From assembly GCA_964016885.1 (NCBI GenBank), contig OZ024743.1, positions 158,596,001 through 158,660,000 of the forward strand: DNA of 64,000 nt, written 5' to 3'. The notes beneath the pieces were generated by a model. That model did not search any database and was not told where the DNA came from. It saw nothing but the letters and a program-made list of their open reading frames with translations. The position numbers were made by a program, and so were the translations under genes. Positions 36,935 through 49,326 of this stretch are shown piece after piece (within the stretch, counting starts at the first letter, position 1; each line of letters starts with the position of its first letter). This stretch comes from Eledone cirrhosa. Lineage: Eukaryota.

Positions 36935-38070
36935 GAACAGAATTACTTTTACTGTAACAGAAATGGGACCTACCACCAAAGTTTTCTTAATAAACATAAC
37001 CTAATTGCTTTAAATACTAGTTTTCAAAGATGTTCAGATCGTCTATGGATTTGGAGATTGCCTAATCTTGGTCTTTATCAAATTGATTATATTGTCTGCA
37101 GAAAGAAATGGTGCAACAGCATCTATGATTGCCAAACTCGTCAGGCATTATTGGATCATATCATGAATAGTTAGTAAATACAAACTCAGCCTTCATGTAC
37201 CATGGAAAATTCCATCAAAAATTTTAAAGTGAAATGCTTTTTCTAACCCTAATGTAGCTGCAAAAGTTGAAAATCAAATAATAGAAAAATGGACACCAAT
37301 CTGTCAAATCATACAAAAATGTAATTGAAATCAGTATTGAGATAGGAAGACACAACCTCCCCTCAAATTCAAGAAATTGTGTTTTCAGAACCTCACTCAG
37401 TAACTGCTGCTCACTTCAATGCCATACAATCTAAGGTTATGGACATTTAAAAAAAACTCAACAAAGTCTAGAAAGTGTGTAGGAAGAAGATAAAAGAATC
37501 AATATTCTCCTCAACTCCTTCAATAATTCGGAGTCTGATGACAACCAAGAGAACGCATGAAAATTAACAAAGGTTATCAGACAAAAAGAAATTGGGTGAC
37601 ACAACAGCACCATAAATGATGAATTCACGATCAAACATTTATACAATATCAATACCAATACATCAGATGAAAAGCAACAAGGTGCCAGAATTCTAGAAAC
37701 TATTTCTGTGACACAATGGTCAGTAACAAACCTATCACCAAATCTTTAGATGGTTGCCATGCCCAGATGCTAAGAAGGATAAAAAAAAAAAAAAAAACGT
37801 CAATCCTCTCAACTATGTTCCAAATAAAATTCTCTATGGCAATCATCTGTGTCAGTCATCTCCAAATTGCAGGTCATGTCATGAAAGGCAACAAATCTGC
37901 TACAAAACGTTTACTATGGGAGCTCACTAATGTGAGACACAATTGCAGAAAACCTCTCAAGACATTAAACAGAGTAATTGAGGAAGATACAGAATTGTCA
38001 GGTGAAGAACAGAGTCAATTAATGCTGGATTGTATGTGATGGATAGGTTTTATCATGTCACCACAAAGAA
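36935..38070 (+). mobile_element. Old, internally deleted RTE-type LINE (APE endonuclease end plus C-terminus)
   Basis: NLIALNTSFQ...W.W...QIDYIVCRKKWCNSIYDC (APE) and SLDGCHAQMLR...LQIAGHV...LLWE...RKP.KT...IEEDT. Confidence 0.7.
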
Positions 38071-38939
38071 GTTGATGAATTTAGTAGTTAGTAGCAGTAT
38101 ATATAACTTATAAATAACATCAATGTTATATTGATGTTTAATATTTACTGACTGCTACTGATTAAACCATTGTGTCAGTTGTTATTGTTTCAATTACAAC
38201 CACAGTAAACCTTGGGGTCCAGTGATATGAATCTATGGATTATATAGATGAGATAAAATTACTCAGAATATGATTCTAGTCTTATATTACTGGTTAATTT
38301 TATTCAAAAATTGGAATTAATTTTATAGATATATAAATAAGCCTTCGTCATTCATTTTTCTCAAAGGACAAAGATTTCTATCCTTGAGATATTATAATAA
38401 ACTTTCAACTTTTTTCTTGGTGTGTAGTATGTACAGTTTTCATCTTTTAAAAAATTCCATAGGTCTGTAACTTATTGTTATCTTTTTATACATGGCATTA
38501 ACCCCTTTGATATCAAACTACCTGAAACTGCCTTAGATTTTACAATACATAGTTGCTTATGTTAAAATCGTTATCCTTATATTAAAACCGTTCATCATAA
38601 TTTTATTTTAGATATTTTTTTAAAGTAATGTTCTAAATTTCAGCTTACTAATGAGAAACAATTCTTTATTTTGTTATTTTCAAAATAATTTTAACACATG
38701 TAACATATTTCAAAGTGTTAAAAGATTTAGATTCATAAGCAAAGCAAGTTGATTTAGAATTAAAATACTAAACTTGGTAATGAATTATTGGACCTGGGTG
38801 AAGAAATATAAAATGATAACAAATGGTAGTTAGGTTACTATTAAGTTGTTTTGGTTTAATCCCAGGTGGGCTACAATTGAGCATACTCTTATGAAAGGCT
38901 TTCTTGTTGTAACTATCATGTTTATTTTTCATAAATTGC

Positions 38940-40155
38940 TATAAGGCAAAGGAGATGCACTAGAGAGCAGTAACTACAGATGTATCAATTTGATGGACCA
39001 GGTCACGACAGTTGCTGAAAGGGTTATAACACAAATTATGGAAAGGATCAAGTTAGATGAGATACAGCTTCGATTTATGCCAGGTAGACAACTACAGGAG
39101 AGGTACATAGCTAAGAGTAAGTCAATGTATTTAGCATATGTAGATATGGAGAAGGCTTTTGACAGGGTCTCATGCACTATAATTTGGTGAGCATTTAGGA
39201 AACTTGTGAGGGCTGTGTAAGCTGTATATATAACAGCAACCAGCATGGTGAGAATTGGCAATGAGTACAATGATGAATTTGAAATGCTGGAGGGATTAGT
39301 CCTTGGTTCACTCCTGTTTATCATTGTCCTTCAGGCCATCACTGAAGAGTTTAAAACTGACATTCCAAGGGAACTCCTATATGCTAATGACCTAATCCTC
39401 ATAGCTGAATCCTTAGGAGAGTTAAAGACAAAATTTACCATCAGGAAAGTGGCCTTGCTCAATTTGTCAGAAAGGGGTGGGCAGTAATTCCATTGGGTGC
39501 AAACTGTAATTCATAGGTGCACAAGAGATGTAATGGGATTACAGGCAGGCTAACTGAAAAGATTGACTTTATATGCAGCGGGTACATAGGAGAAGTGAGC
39601 ATAAAGAGCACACGTGAAATAGATTTTTTCATTTACCAGGGAGTAGTTGACAGTTTTGTTACCTAGGTGATCAAATTAGCAATGGGGGAAGGTGCGCTGA
39701 ATGTGTGAAAGCTAGGATAGAGAGCTATTACCGCTGCTTTTTTCTCAGAGTGAAGGGTAGACTGTATGATGCTTGTGTGCACACTGCAATGTTTCATGGT
39801 AGTGAATCATGGGCATTAACTAAAGAAGACCTGTGGAGGCTAGAAAGAAACGAGTTGTGTATACTCCGATGAATGTGTAATATTGGTGTGCATGAATGGC
39901 ATAGCATAAAGAAACTAAGGAAAAATCTTGGCATAAGAGTAATTGGATGCAGTGTGCAAGAGAGAAGACTGCATTGGTATGGATATATGATGTGTATGGA
40001 AGATAGCAGCTGCATAAAGAAATGCAGAGAAATATGGAAGAGGCAGACCCAGAAAAACTTGGGATGAAGTTGTGAAGGCTGACTTTAAAAATCTAATCTT
40101 TACAATAGAAATAACAAAGGACTGCAAGGGTTTGCACTATGCTGTGCTGTTGAAG
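38940..40155 (+). mobile_element. Degenerate RTE LINE (RT to C-terminus), same family as 1875-3353
   Basis: GDALESSNYRCINL, YVDMEKAFDRV, SLLFIIVL, ELLYANDL, VHKRC, RRLHWYGY and GRPRKTWDE. Confidence 0.85.
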
Positions 40156-41166
40156 GCCCAGCCACAAGCATACACTGTGGCCTGACTTATGCCTGTGTCC
40201 TCCCTTTCCCTCCCCTACTTCCTTCCACTAACAGTCCTTCATAGCCATTTTTCACCATCACTACAGCACAACCACCAGCACTCACTCCTTAGCTGCTGCC
40301 TTCTCCAACGCCTCTAGATTCCTTCACAATTCGTACTCTAGAAACCACTTTTCTTACTCTTATGAACCCCATCCATTCTACCTCCACTAGCATTCTGTAA
40401 CAGCTATCCCCATCATCACTACACTCCACCACTTCATCCATGCCCTCTCCTGTACTTGTTCGTTAGCTGCTACACCCCACCAAAAAAAGTAAACAAAAAA
40501 AAAAAAACAAGAACAAACCCATCAAACCTATCATACCCTAGCCCACCCATGCTTCCTCCACCATCACTCCTTAGCTATTTCCTCCATCACTATACCTCCC
40601 TGTTTTCAACACCGGTGAGAGCCACCCCAACCACTTCAATGTTCTCATCTCCATGAAAAAAAAAGAAAGGGTCGAGAGGGTCCTTATGTCATGCCATGGT
40701 ACAGCAACCTATTTAGTGTTGGTGATCTACATGATGATAAACACACCCAGTACATGCTGAAAAGTGATTAATGATAGGAAGAGCATTCAGCTGTGAAAGC
40801 TTGCCAATCAAATGGTTGGGAGAACCCTTCAGTCGTGTCAAGAACATGATGACCTCCCTAGTGTTGGTGATTTACACAATAAATGCACCCAGTACACGCT
40901 GTAAAGGGGTTGGTGATAGGAAGGGTATCTAGCTATAAAAAGCTTGCTGAACATAGGGTTGGGATGACCCTTCATTTGTGTCACAGAAGTGACAACCTCA
41001 ATAATGCTGATGCCATGATAAATGCACGGAGGAACTCTATGTAAGCTACAGGCGAACCTTCGGCTTGACTGGGTGGTTAGTAGCCCCACTTCAGTAAAGA
41101 CCTGTCCAACCCTTCCTTGCAGGGAAAGTGGACATTAAATGATGATGATGGTATTTATAGATAGAT

Positions 41167-43467
41167 TTGTTTCTTTTATTTGCCACCAGGGCATCAAAAG
41201 TGGGACAAGTACAATGGGGGGAGTTTACAAAACAAGGTGTCCTCAATAAGGAGGAGGCAATAACAATATATAAAAATAAAATAAAATATAACAAAAAATA
41301 AAATTTATAACAAAGTCCTCAATAGAGAGGAGGCGCCTTGGGAGGTCGCACACACCCCCGAAAAAAGTGTGCAACCCTTCTCCTCAGGAGCACAGAGAAG
41401 GGGTGCTCCCTTGGTCTTTCATCTTCCTCACCTATAGTCTGATGTAGAGTGAAGGCCCATTCACACGGGCCATTCTCGCCACTTTCACCCATCTTTCATA
41501 GAAACGGCTGGGGTGCAGCACCTCTCTCTCCATCCTGATCCTTCTTCCGAAATGATATCGGAAGAAACGGACCAGTCGTTGGCCAGAGAGAAAGGTGTCT
41601 GACCTCAGTCCTTTCAGATGCGTCCACCATACAACCTCTTTCGCCATGGCTATTACGCACAGAAACACCGCCTCTCCTTCGTTTTTGAAGAGGGGAGGCG
41701 GCTTGATCGTTACAATAGACTCGGTGGTCAACCGGATCGGTCCCACCCTTGACAGCAGTTGTTCGACATAGCCCCACAGATCGGCAATGCCCAAGCAGTG
41801 TACCAATGCGTGTGCAACGGTTTCCTCATCGCACACGCATCTGGGACAGATCTTTTTCGATGGGTCCCTACCCGGGCGCCCGTGTCTGTAGAGCCTTTCT
41901 CGAATGGTGAGACGAGTCTGGGAAAGGCTCGCCTCACAAACGGGGCCCACACCGGTTGACCGGAGAGGAATACCTGTAGGTGCCGTAGCCTTAATGTGTG
42001 TTTACTATCATCAGCCACGGCATCCCCAGCCCTCCTTTCGAAGGGTGTTGACAGCAGATGGATCTCCTCACTATAGGAGCCCGCTTCTTCCAAAGGAATT
42101 GGAAGAGTGCGCGCTCCATTTTGGCGAGCGTTTCCCTTGGGCAAGGCACAACGGTCTGGCGGTAGTAGATGACGGACGCTATATAAGTGTTCGCCACCTC
42201 CGCCCGACCTTTCAGGGACAGTTTGCACTCGGCCCACTTCTGGGTCAGTGAAAACACCCTGTTTGTCACCTCACCCCAGTTCTTCTCCACCTGGAGGTCT
42301 GGTCCGAACCAGACCCTGAGCAACTTCACCGGGCCCCCCGTCCAGCGCCCGACGACGCCATCGGAGGGCATCGATCTGCCCCTCCACGTGCCGAGTTGCA
42401 GACCGATCAACTTGTCCCGGTTCAGCTTAGCCCCTGTAAACCTTTCGTACTCCTCCAGTAAGGTGTCGATCGCCCCGATTTCCGAGGCCGTCGACACCAT
42501 TACTGTCACATCATCGGCGTAGGCTGACACCGCTTTCCGCAATCCCGGTTCCAACGGGATGCCCTGCAACAACTCCAACTTCCGCAGCAGTGGCTCTAGA
42601 GTCATTACATACAGAAGGGAGGAGAGAGAGCACCCCTGTCGGATGGACCGCGCGATTTCGAACGGCTCCGAGAGGTAGCCGTTCACCTTGACCCTAGAGC
42701 AGATGTGGCTGCTGTGCATGGCATTGATCCAGCCCCTGAAAACGGGTCCGAAGCCTGCCGCCGCTAGCACCGCATCCAGGTAACCATGGTCGACCCTATC
42801 GAATGCCTTAGATTGATCCAAGATGATCAGGGCCCCACCAAAGCCGGGTTCGTTCCCAACCCTCTCTATGATGTATCGCATGAGGTGGAGGTTATCGTGG
42901 ATGGACCTGGACGGGATAGCACATGTCTGCGCATCTCCCACCAGGTTGCCCACGACAAGCGCCAACCTCTTTGCTAGCACCTTGGCCAAAATCTGTAACT
43001 CTGTATTTAGCAGAGTTATGGGCCTGAAATTATTTATATCGTCCCCCTTGTTCTCGTCCTTCCTCACTAGCGTGACTACGCCCTTGGTCACAGCACAAGG
43101 AATTCTCCCGTTCTGTTGCCAGTTGCAGTAGACCGCCTCGAGGAGATCGGGGAACAAGTCCGGCATAGCTAGATATAGTTCGTATGGAAGACCATCGAGA
43201 CCCGGGGATTTGCGTTTGCCGCATTGGCTCAGCACGTCCTCTATCTCAGCGGCTGAAATCGGCTCCTCGCAGGACTTCGCTTCCCTGTCCGAGAGACGCG
43301 GCAGGCCGTCGAGGTATGGACCGAAGTCCACGTCCCCAACCGGCCCCCCGCCCCCTCCGAACAATCCGGCAAAGTGCTTTTGAAAAGCCTCACACATCTG
43401 CTTAGGTTCAAGGATCACCCGTCCATCCTGGTCTCGCAAAGACCGGATAGTGGATCTGCTCCCTCTT
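41167..43467 (-). mobile_element. 5'-truncated L1/Tx1-clade LINE with 482-aa RT ORF and C-terminal CCHC finger
   Basis: ORF 41991-43439 contains KSPGLDG, RPITLLN, LDQSKAFDRV, RQGCSLS and AYADD; downstream CPRCVCDEETVAHALVHC. A-rich 3' end. GC-rich relative to the host sequence. Confidence 0.92.
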
Positions 43468-44344
43468 GGTATATATATATAGATAGATAGATAAATATAT
43501 TAGTATCAACTCTAGTTTATACTTGGTCTTAAAATATTTAGTAAATGTAAAATTTAGAGTACAACTTTGAATAGACAAATTTGAGTATCTAAATATTAAT
43601 CTAATCTTTCCCAGTACGGTCTCAGAGGTCCTGTAAAATGGCCATCTATGCTGTGCAAAGCAATACAGAAACAGAATGAATATTTAGAAGAAAGAATATT
43701 TAGCCATCTCACAAATGCTATATTGCAGACATGTCTGACCTATGTTAGCTTGCAAACATGAATATTCAAATTTTAATTATGATGATAAAGATGATGCTGA
43801 TGATGCTTGAAGTGCAATGTAGTAATATCCTCATTATCAAAATAATGTTTATTTTGCATGATTAGAATGGATACATTATTCCTTCTGCAGATAGTGTTTC
43901 AGTGAAATACTTTATTCCACTAATCTTCAAAGTGGATTAATACTGAATTCTACTAAAGGTTAAATCTTAAAGGTCATGACTAATTGATCTTTGTGCATTG
44001 GTGTGAAATGTCAGCAGTTTTGGCAAAAACAAAAAAAAACTGTATATATATATATGCTGCTTCAGACTGTGAACGTCTTGTGTCAGTTTAATGCAAGGAA
44101 CTGCTCTGGCAATATATACTTGTATTTGCCTACATAATATGCATTTTAGTATATGTGTGTATCTGGATTCAGTGGGCCTGTTTTTATTTTCTGCCTCAAA
44201 TTCATGCTTATAATGTCTAATATCACTTTGCATGCACATGCACGTGCATGCGCATGCACACACACACACATAGATGATTGTGTATTTTTTTTTTTGGTAG
44301 TGCATGTGGTTCAGGGCAAGGTAAAAAGAGTAAGCTATTAGGGG

Positions 44345-45470
44345 TAATGTAATAAAATATAATACAATAAATGAGACAGAACTTGGTTAAAAAACAGTAT
44401 ACGTTTTGTCTTTTATGGTTCGTTTGAGTGAAGGTAGAGGTGTAGAAAGATGTAGAAATATGAGTGTATGAGGATTAATGTTAGAATTAGGATTGTGGCT
44501 AGTCTATGGACCTTGTTGCTGGGTTAGTATGGGTCAATTGATAGGGAGCGCTTTCGGATTATAATCCTTTATCAGTCTATATTATTCTATATTATTCCTG
44601 GCTTGGCAAATCCATTACCCATCAGAGTATGTGTATAGGTGTTTCCATGTGTCCCAATCACTCTGACGGGTTAGGGTAGGTACCCACTTCCTAATAAAAT
44701 GAGCCTCCATTATTCTTAGGTCGACCATATCTCTTAGCTCCGCAAGTATTTTTGTGGTTATGCTCATTCCACATATTTCTTTGTGTTGAAACACTACACT
44801 TGGAGGCATTGCTTTTTCAAAATGTTCAAGTATTTGGTTATGAAGTTGCCATTTCGTGGAACTGTGTACTTGGCTCTGAACGCACAGTTCGACTCATACA
44901 CCACATGGTTTCTGAGGCATATTGGTTTTGTATTGTTGTTGTTGTTAATTCCTGTGGTAGTGTATTCTCTGACAGGGCATCTCTGAGGCAGTAAACGACT
45001 TCTTCGATGCTCTGTGTCAGGTGTTGTCTGAATGTCCTTCCATGCGTTGTTACTTGCACTGGGAAGCTGATTTTCTGATATAGTTTCTAAGGCAGTTCTC
45101 TGGTTGTTCTCCTTGGTATGGCAGATCAATGTAGACCCAAGTTTTATCTTGTTTCTCACGTTTCTTTCTCTCCTTTTTTTCTTCTTGTTGGTGTTGTTGT
45201 GCCTTTCTTCGTTGTTGATAGTCTGTGAGTGGTTGTGATTGCTGTTAGGGTGGTGGTTGGTGTTGTCGTGTGGTGTCTGTCACTGTGTTTGTGTTTTGCT
45301 CTTATACTTTTGACAACATTTCTTACAAAGCATTTTTCATAGCCTCTCTTTAGTAGCAGTTTCCCAAAGTTGTTTAGCACAGATCTTGCTTCAGTGGCCC
45401 AATAAAAATGCACTTTTCTCTCACAATCAATCAGTGGACGTTTTACTTGAATATATTCTGCTGACAATAC
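44345..45470 (-). mobile_element. Penelope-like element remnant (RT thumb, GIY-YIG endonuclease, 3' pLTR)
   Basis: LLKRGYEKCFV, then CLRNHVVYESNCAFRAKY.GSTKRQLH..FEHF...SVVFQHKEICG...KILAELRDMVDLRIMEAHFIRKWVPTL (frameshifted GIY-YIG). The left boundary is approximate. Confidence 0.8.
44541..44580 (-). ncRNA. Minimal hammerhead motif in PLE pLTR (one core mutation)
   Basis: Minus strand reads ATAGA CTGATAA A GGAT TATA ATCC GAAA GCGC TC CCTAT, 35 nt downstream of the GIY-YIG stop. Confidence 0.65.
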
Positions 45471-45569
45471 ACAAGGACATCTAAATATAGACAGATTAAG
45501 ACAAATTCTTGGAAGACAACCATATCAGTCAATTTAAGCAGTTGTGTCACAGCGTGCAGTGTGCTTTGG

Positions 45570-47431
45570 TAGGGTCACCTTTCAATATCTGAACTGTTTT
45601 GCTTTTTTGAGAAACATTTAGAACCCATCATGAGTGGAAAAAAAAGTCAGTATAGAATACTATTTTGATAGTGATGAAGATAACACTCTTCAAGAAAAAA
45701 CTGATATCCACTTTCTGTGAAAGAAATGTTCTGTCAAAATTATTAAACAATGAGAAATTTTCATCATGCTTGGAATTGAGTAAAAAAAATGCAAGAATTG
45801 GGTAAAAAATTTGTGCAATTGTGAGATAGCAAGTAGTTTAAGTCAAATAGTAAAGCATGAAGAGACAGAAAAACAACAAAAGAATGCTAAGTAAACAAAC
45901 AGTTTTCATAAAACCTGCTCAATGTTCTGTTCACTTAATGAAAATAGCAGCAGCTGAGCTGAAACTGCAGATTTTACCTAGGCCTTATTGCCAGTGTATG
46001 CTCTAATTCAAAAATTGCCAAAGACATCAAGAACTAAAGGAACTTGCATTTTTTTCAAATGTGATCAGTCCCCTTACTTTCAAATATTGTCTTAGCTAAA
46101 TTCAGCAAAGTTCTCCCTTATTATAGATGAAAGAACGGACATTTTTACCAACAAGCAGCTTGTTCAAGTAACGAGATATTACAACTCTGGAAATTAAAGA
46201 CTGCAGTGTGCTTGGTTGGCAATCATTTTTCATTGAAAATAATATTTCTCTTGAAAACTTAATTGGATTTACCAGTGATAATGCCTGTGTTATGATGGGA
46301 AAAATCTTGATATATTCATACAGCTTTGTGTTTGCCATTCCTTACATCTATGTACTTTTAAAGTTCGCAATGAACTACCATATTATTTGGAAAAATTAGC
46401 AAGAAATATTTTTTTGTACCTGAGCAACAGTCCAAAGCGCCTAGCTAAATTAAGGAATTTCAAAAAAATTACAAATATCGGTCATCATAAAATTGTTCAA
46501 ATTAGCTGCACAAGATGGTTTTCTTGTACAAAGAATTTTGGAGCAGTGTCCAACACTTTGCCATATTACACAGTGGCAGCATTGGAAGATGGTATCCTCA
46601 TGATGACTTACAAAATATTAAGAGAATTACAAAGCTCCTTGAGAAAAATGTAATTTGCTTTCCTTTCTTATATTTTACTGGACATTGATAAGCTCAGATT
46701 GGAGTTCCAGGCAGAAACTAGAATTGATGAAAGTCTATTAAAACACTGGAATGAAAGCTAGTCTCTGTAACTTCATCATAAGGGAATTATTAAAACTGAA
46801 TGATATCATTAAAGTAAATGTGAATGATTCTTCTACATACCTTAAAAAAGAAGACATCTTTTATCGTGTCACAGTAGAAAATATTTTGATAGAAAAGTCT
46901 GCCACCATTTCTCAAAAGGAGTTCTACAAATTTTGAGTAAAACTATTGAGTTTCTGTGTGCCTTTCAAAACAAATGATGCAATGTTTCTTATCATGTGAT
47001 ATGTTTACAAATTTAGAGCTACTTGAAGCTTTAGACACAACCAATGTTATTGTAGGTAAACCAAAATTGATCATACTATAGGCACTGAAATTTTCCAATT
47101 TTTTTTTTCCATTCTCAACAACATAAAAACAAAAAATCACAATGCTTTAAAAACATCAACATTAAATGCCCTACTAAGATCAAAGTCTTTGCTGAAAAAT
47201 GTTGACTCCACTAAGTAGCATCCACAACAGCAACTTTGTCTCAAACTGCAAGAAAGAAACTGGTATAGCAAGAAAAGTGTGAAGAAGACATTTCTTTTTA
47301 ATTAAAATATCTAAAGTAAATGTAAAAGATTTTTGTTTGTTAACATTTATGGGGTTTCATATTGACGTAATTGGATTTGATACATTTTTGTATATCTTGG
47401 TAATATTGAGAAAACAGTTTTGGCAGTCCTG
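45570..47431 (+). mobile_element. Degenerate hAT transposase remnant
   Basis: FSLIIDERTDIFTNKQL, NISLENLIGFTSDNACVMMGK, FLYLSNSPKRLAKL, CTRWFS and LKTSTLNALL. Possible TIRs TAGGGTCACC / TGGCAGTCCTG are uncertain. Confidence 0.8.
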
Positions 47432-47580
47432 TCATATGAGACAACTAAACAGGTTGACATCAGGAAGAGCATCTGGCTGTAAAACATTGTCTCAAAACAT
47501 CCTGTCAACCTCTACCAGTATGGAAAAGTAGATGTAAAATTGATGACTGATGATGTAGAAAATTGTGATGGAAGGTTTAA

Positions 47581-47664
47581 CCCTTTTGATACAAACCTGT
47601 CTGAAACAAATGACTTTGTATCATAGAACTAGAGGTTGTTTCAGGTGGTTGGATATCAGAAAGC
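47581..47664. mobile_element. Small TTAA-flanked MITE (related copy ~38500-38720)
   Basis: TTAA|CCCTTTTGATACAAACCTGTCTGAAACAA ... TTGTTTCAGGTGGTTGGATATCAGAAAGC|TTAA. Confidence 0.55.
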
Positions 47665-48147
47665 TTAAATGAATGAATACAACAGTATTTATATTAGAAA
47701 TTGATGTTGTTTGACTGACTTCTTGATTTGACCAACTGGCAACACCAGCACTTTAAAGTTAATTGAAGTCAGAGCTTCAAAAGGTTGAAATCTTAAAATG
47801 TTCGGTTGATTTCTCAGACGTTTTTGTTTAACCCCATATCTTGCAGAAATTGGAATCTTGCTAAAGTAATTTGAAAAATAATAAATCTAAATATAATGTG
47901 TGTATATGTAGATTTTTCTTGCTTAATGCATCTTTTATAGTAGTTTGAAAAGTGCATTATACATGAAATTTCTGGCCCTTGAGACATTGGAACAGCTTTG
48001 TAGCTATAATAAATTATACATCATTATCCATGTTTTGAGATTTGTTTTTCCTGTTTGCTCATGTGTGTGTAACTATTGCATGATTTTTATATTTATTATA
48101 ATAATATTCATATGATTTTCATTCTATTTTTTCTTTTATCTCACCAG

Positions 48148-48262
48148 GAAACAGAAATGGGAAGCTACCCAAGGAACTGATGCTGAGTCATCTCGTCTAG
48201 AACTGGAGCAAACGAAAGAAGAACTCGAACAACAGCGAATTGCTAATGATTTGCTGAAGAAG
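48148..48262 (+). CDS. Coding exon F ((Q)KQKWEATQGTDAESSRLELEQTKEELEQQRIANDLLKK)
   Basis: TTTTTTCTTTTATCTCACCAG acceptor, AAG|GTAATA donor; phase 2 to 0. Confidence 0.9.
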
Positions 48263-48637
48263 GTAATAATACACTAAATGGATGTGAAATGGAAGCATAT
48301 ATGTTAAAAATCCCTCTGTTGTCTGAATAATGGTCTAATAAGATCTGGAATGTAGGAATTGACTAGAGATATATTTTTTCAGAAAATGGAAGAAGGCTTA
48401 AAAGAAGAGCATTTTGTGGTGTGATTCATGAATTCAGCCGTTTGAGAAAGAATGTGTTCTAAACAGACTGAATATTTCCTCTGAGTCTTGTTATAGTCTC
48501 TCTGTTTCTCTCTCTCTCACCCTCTTCTCACTCCCTCTTCTTTCAATAATATTTTATGAGATTTATGAGACTGGGGACCTTATTTACTTATTTAATTAAT
48601 CCTGTATATTTTTTCTCCTATTATTTCATTATATATA

Positions 48638-49326
48638 CTAGCAGAAAAAACCACCCATCGGGTGGTTTTCTGCTAGCATGTGTAGTGTGTCTATTGATAT
48701 TATACGCAAGTATATATACATGTAGATATGATACATCAAATAAAATCATAATTGACAATATATAATACATAGAAATTGAGTGAAGACTACGTTACACTGT
48801 CTTATGTAATCAGTAACTGAAACCTATTATACATTAAAAAAGATGATATTATATATAAACTGCATTAAGAGAAAATTAGTGACAGAAAATTAATGTTTAT
48901 TTAAGCGATTGCCAACCAGAAGTGTTGACACTTCATAAATTTTAAAGAAGTGAATCTTAAAATAAACAAAATATATTTAATCAATAGCCACGAAATTTAG
49001 TAGATAAATTATGTAATATTCATTCATTATTTATTCAAAGTAATGAGCGGTGAATTGGCAGTATCGGTAGAGGGTTGGACGCCATGCTTTCTAGCATAGT
49101 TACGTCCCTTTACAGTCTGAGTTCAAATCCCGCCGAGGTTAACTTTGCCTTTCATCCTTATGGGGTCGATAAAATAAAGTACCAGTAATGTACTGGGTAA
49201 TTGCTGGCCTTGTGCCTAAAGTAGAAACAATTATTTATTCAAAATAATCCAACTTATTTTACTAATGGGATAAAAAAATTATAAATCTTACGCAGTCCCG
49301 CGCTCCTCCCTTTATTATAGTTTAGA
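48638..49326 (-). mobile_element. Non-autonomous Helitron, copy 2 (interrupted by a SINE)
   Basis: Minus strand reads A|TCTAAACTATAATAAAG ... hairpin AAAACCACCCGATGGGTGGTTTT ... CTAG|T. It is inserted between A and T with no TSD. Confidence 0.85.
49045..49229 (+). mobile_element. Young SINE family A inside the Helitron
   Basis: 19-bp TSD ATTATTTATTCAAA(G/A)TAAT (49026-49044 / 49230-49248). Confidence 0.9.

Noticed and set aside
37534-37565. CTGATGA...GAAA
   Set aside because: No stem II or stem I; lies in LINE coding remnant.
49045-49135. tRNA gene
   Set aside because: The A/B boxes belong to SINE heads; no cloverleaf, and TSDs are present.
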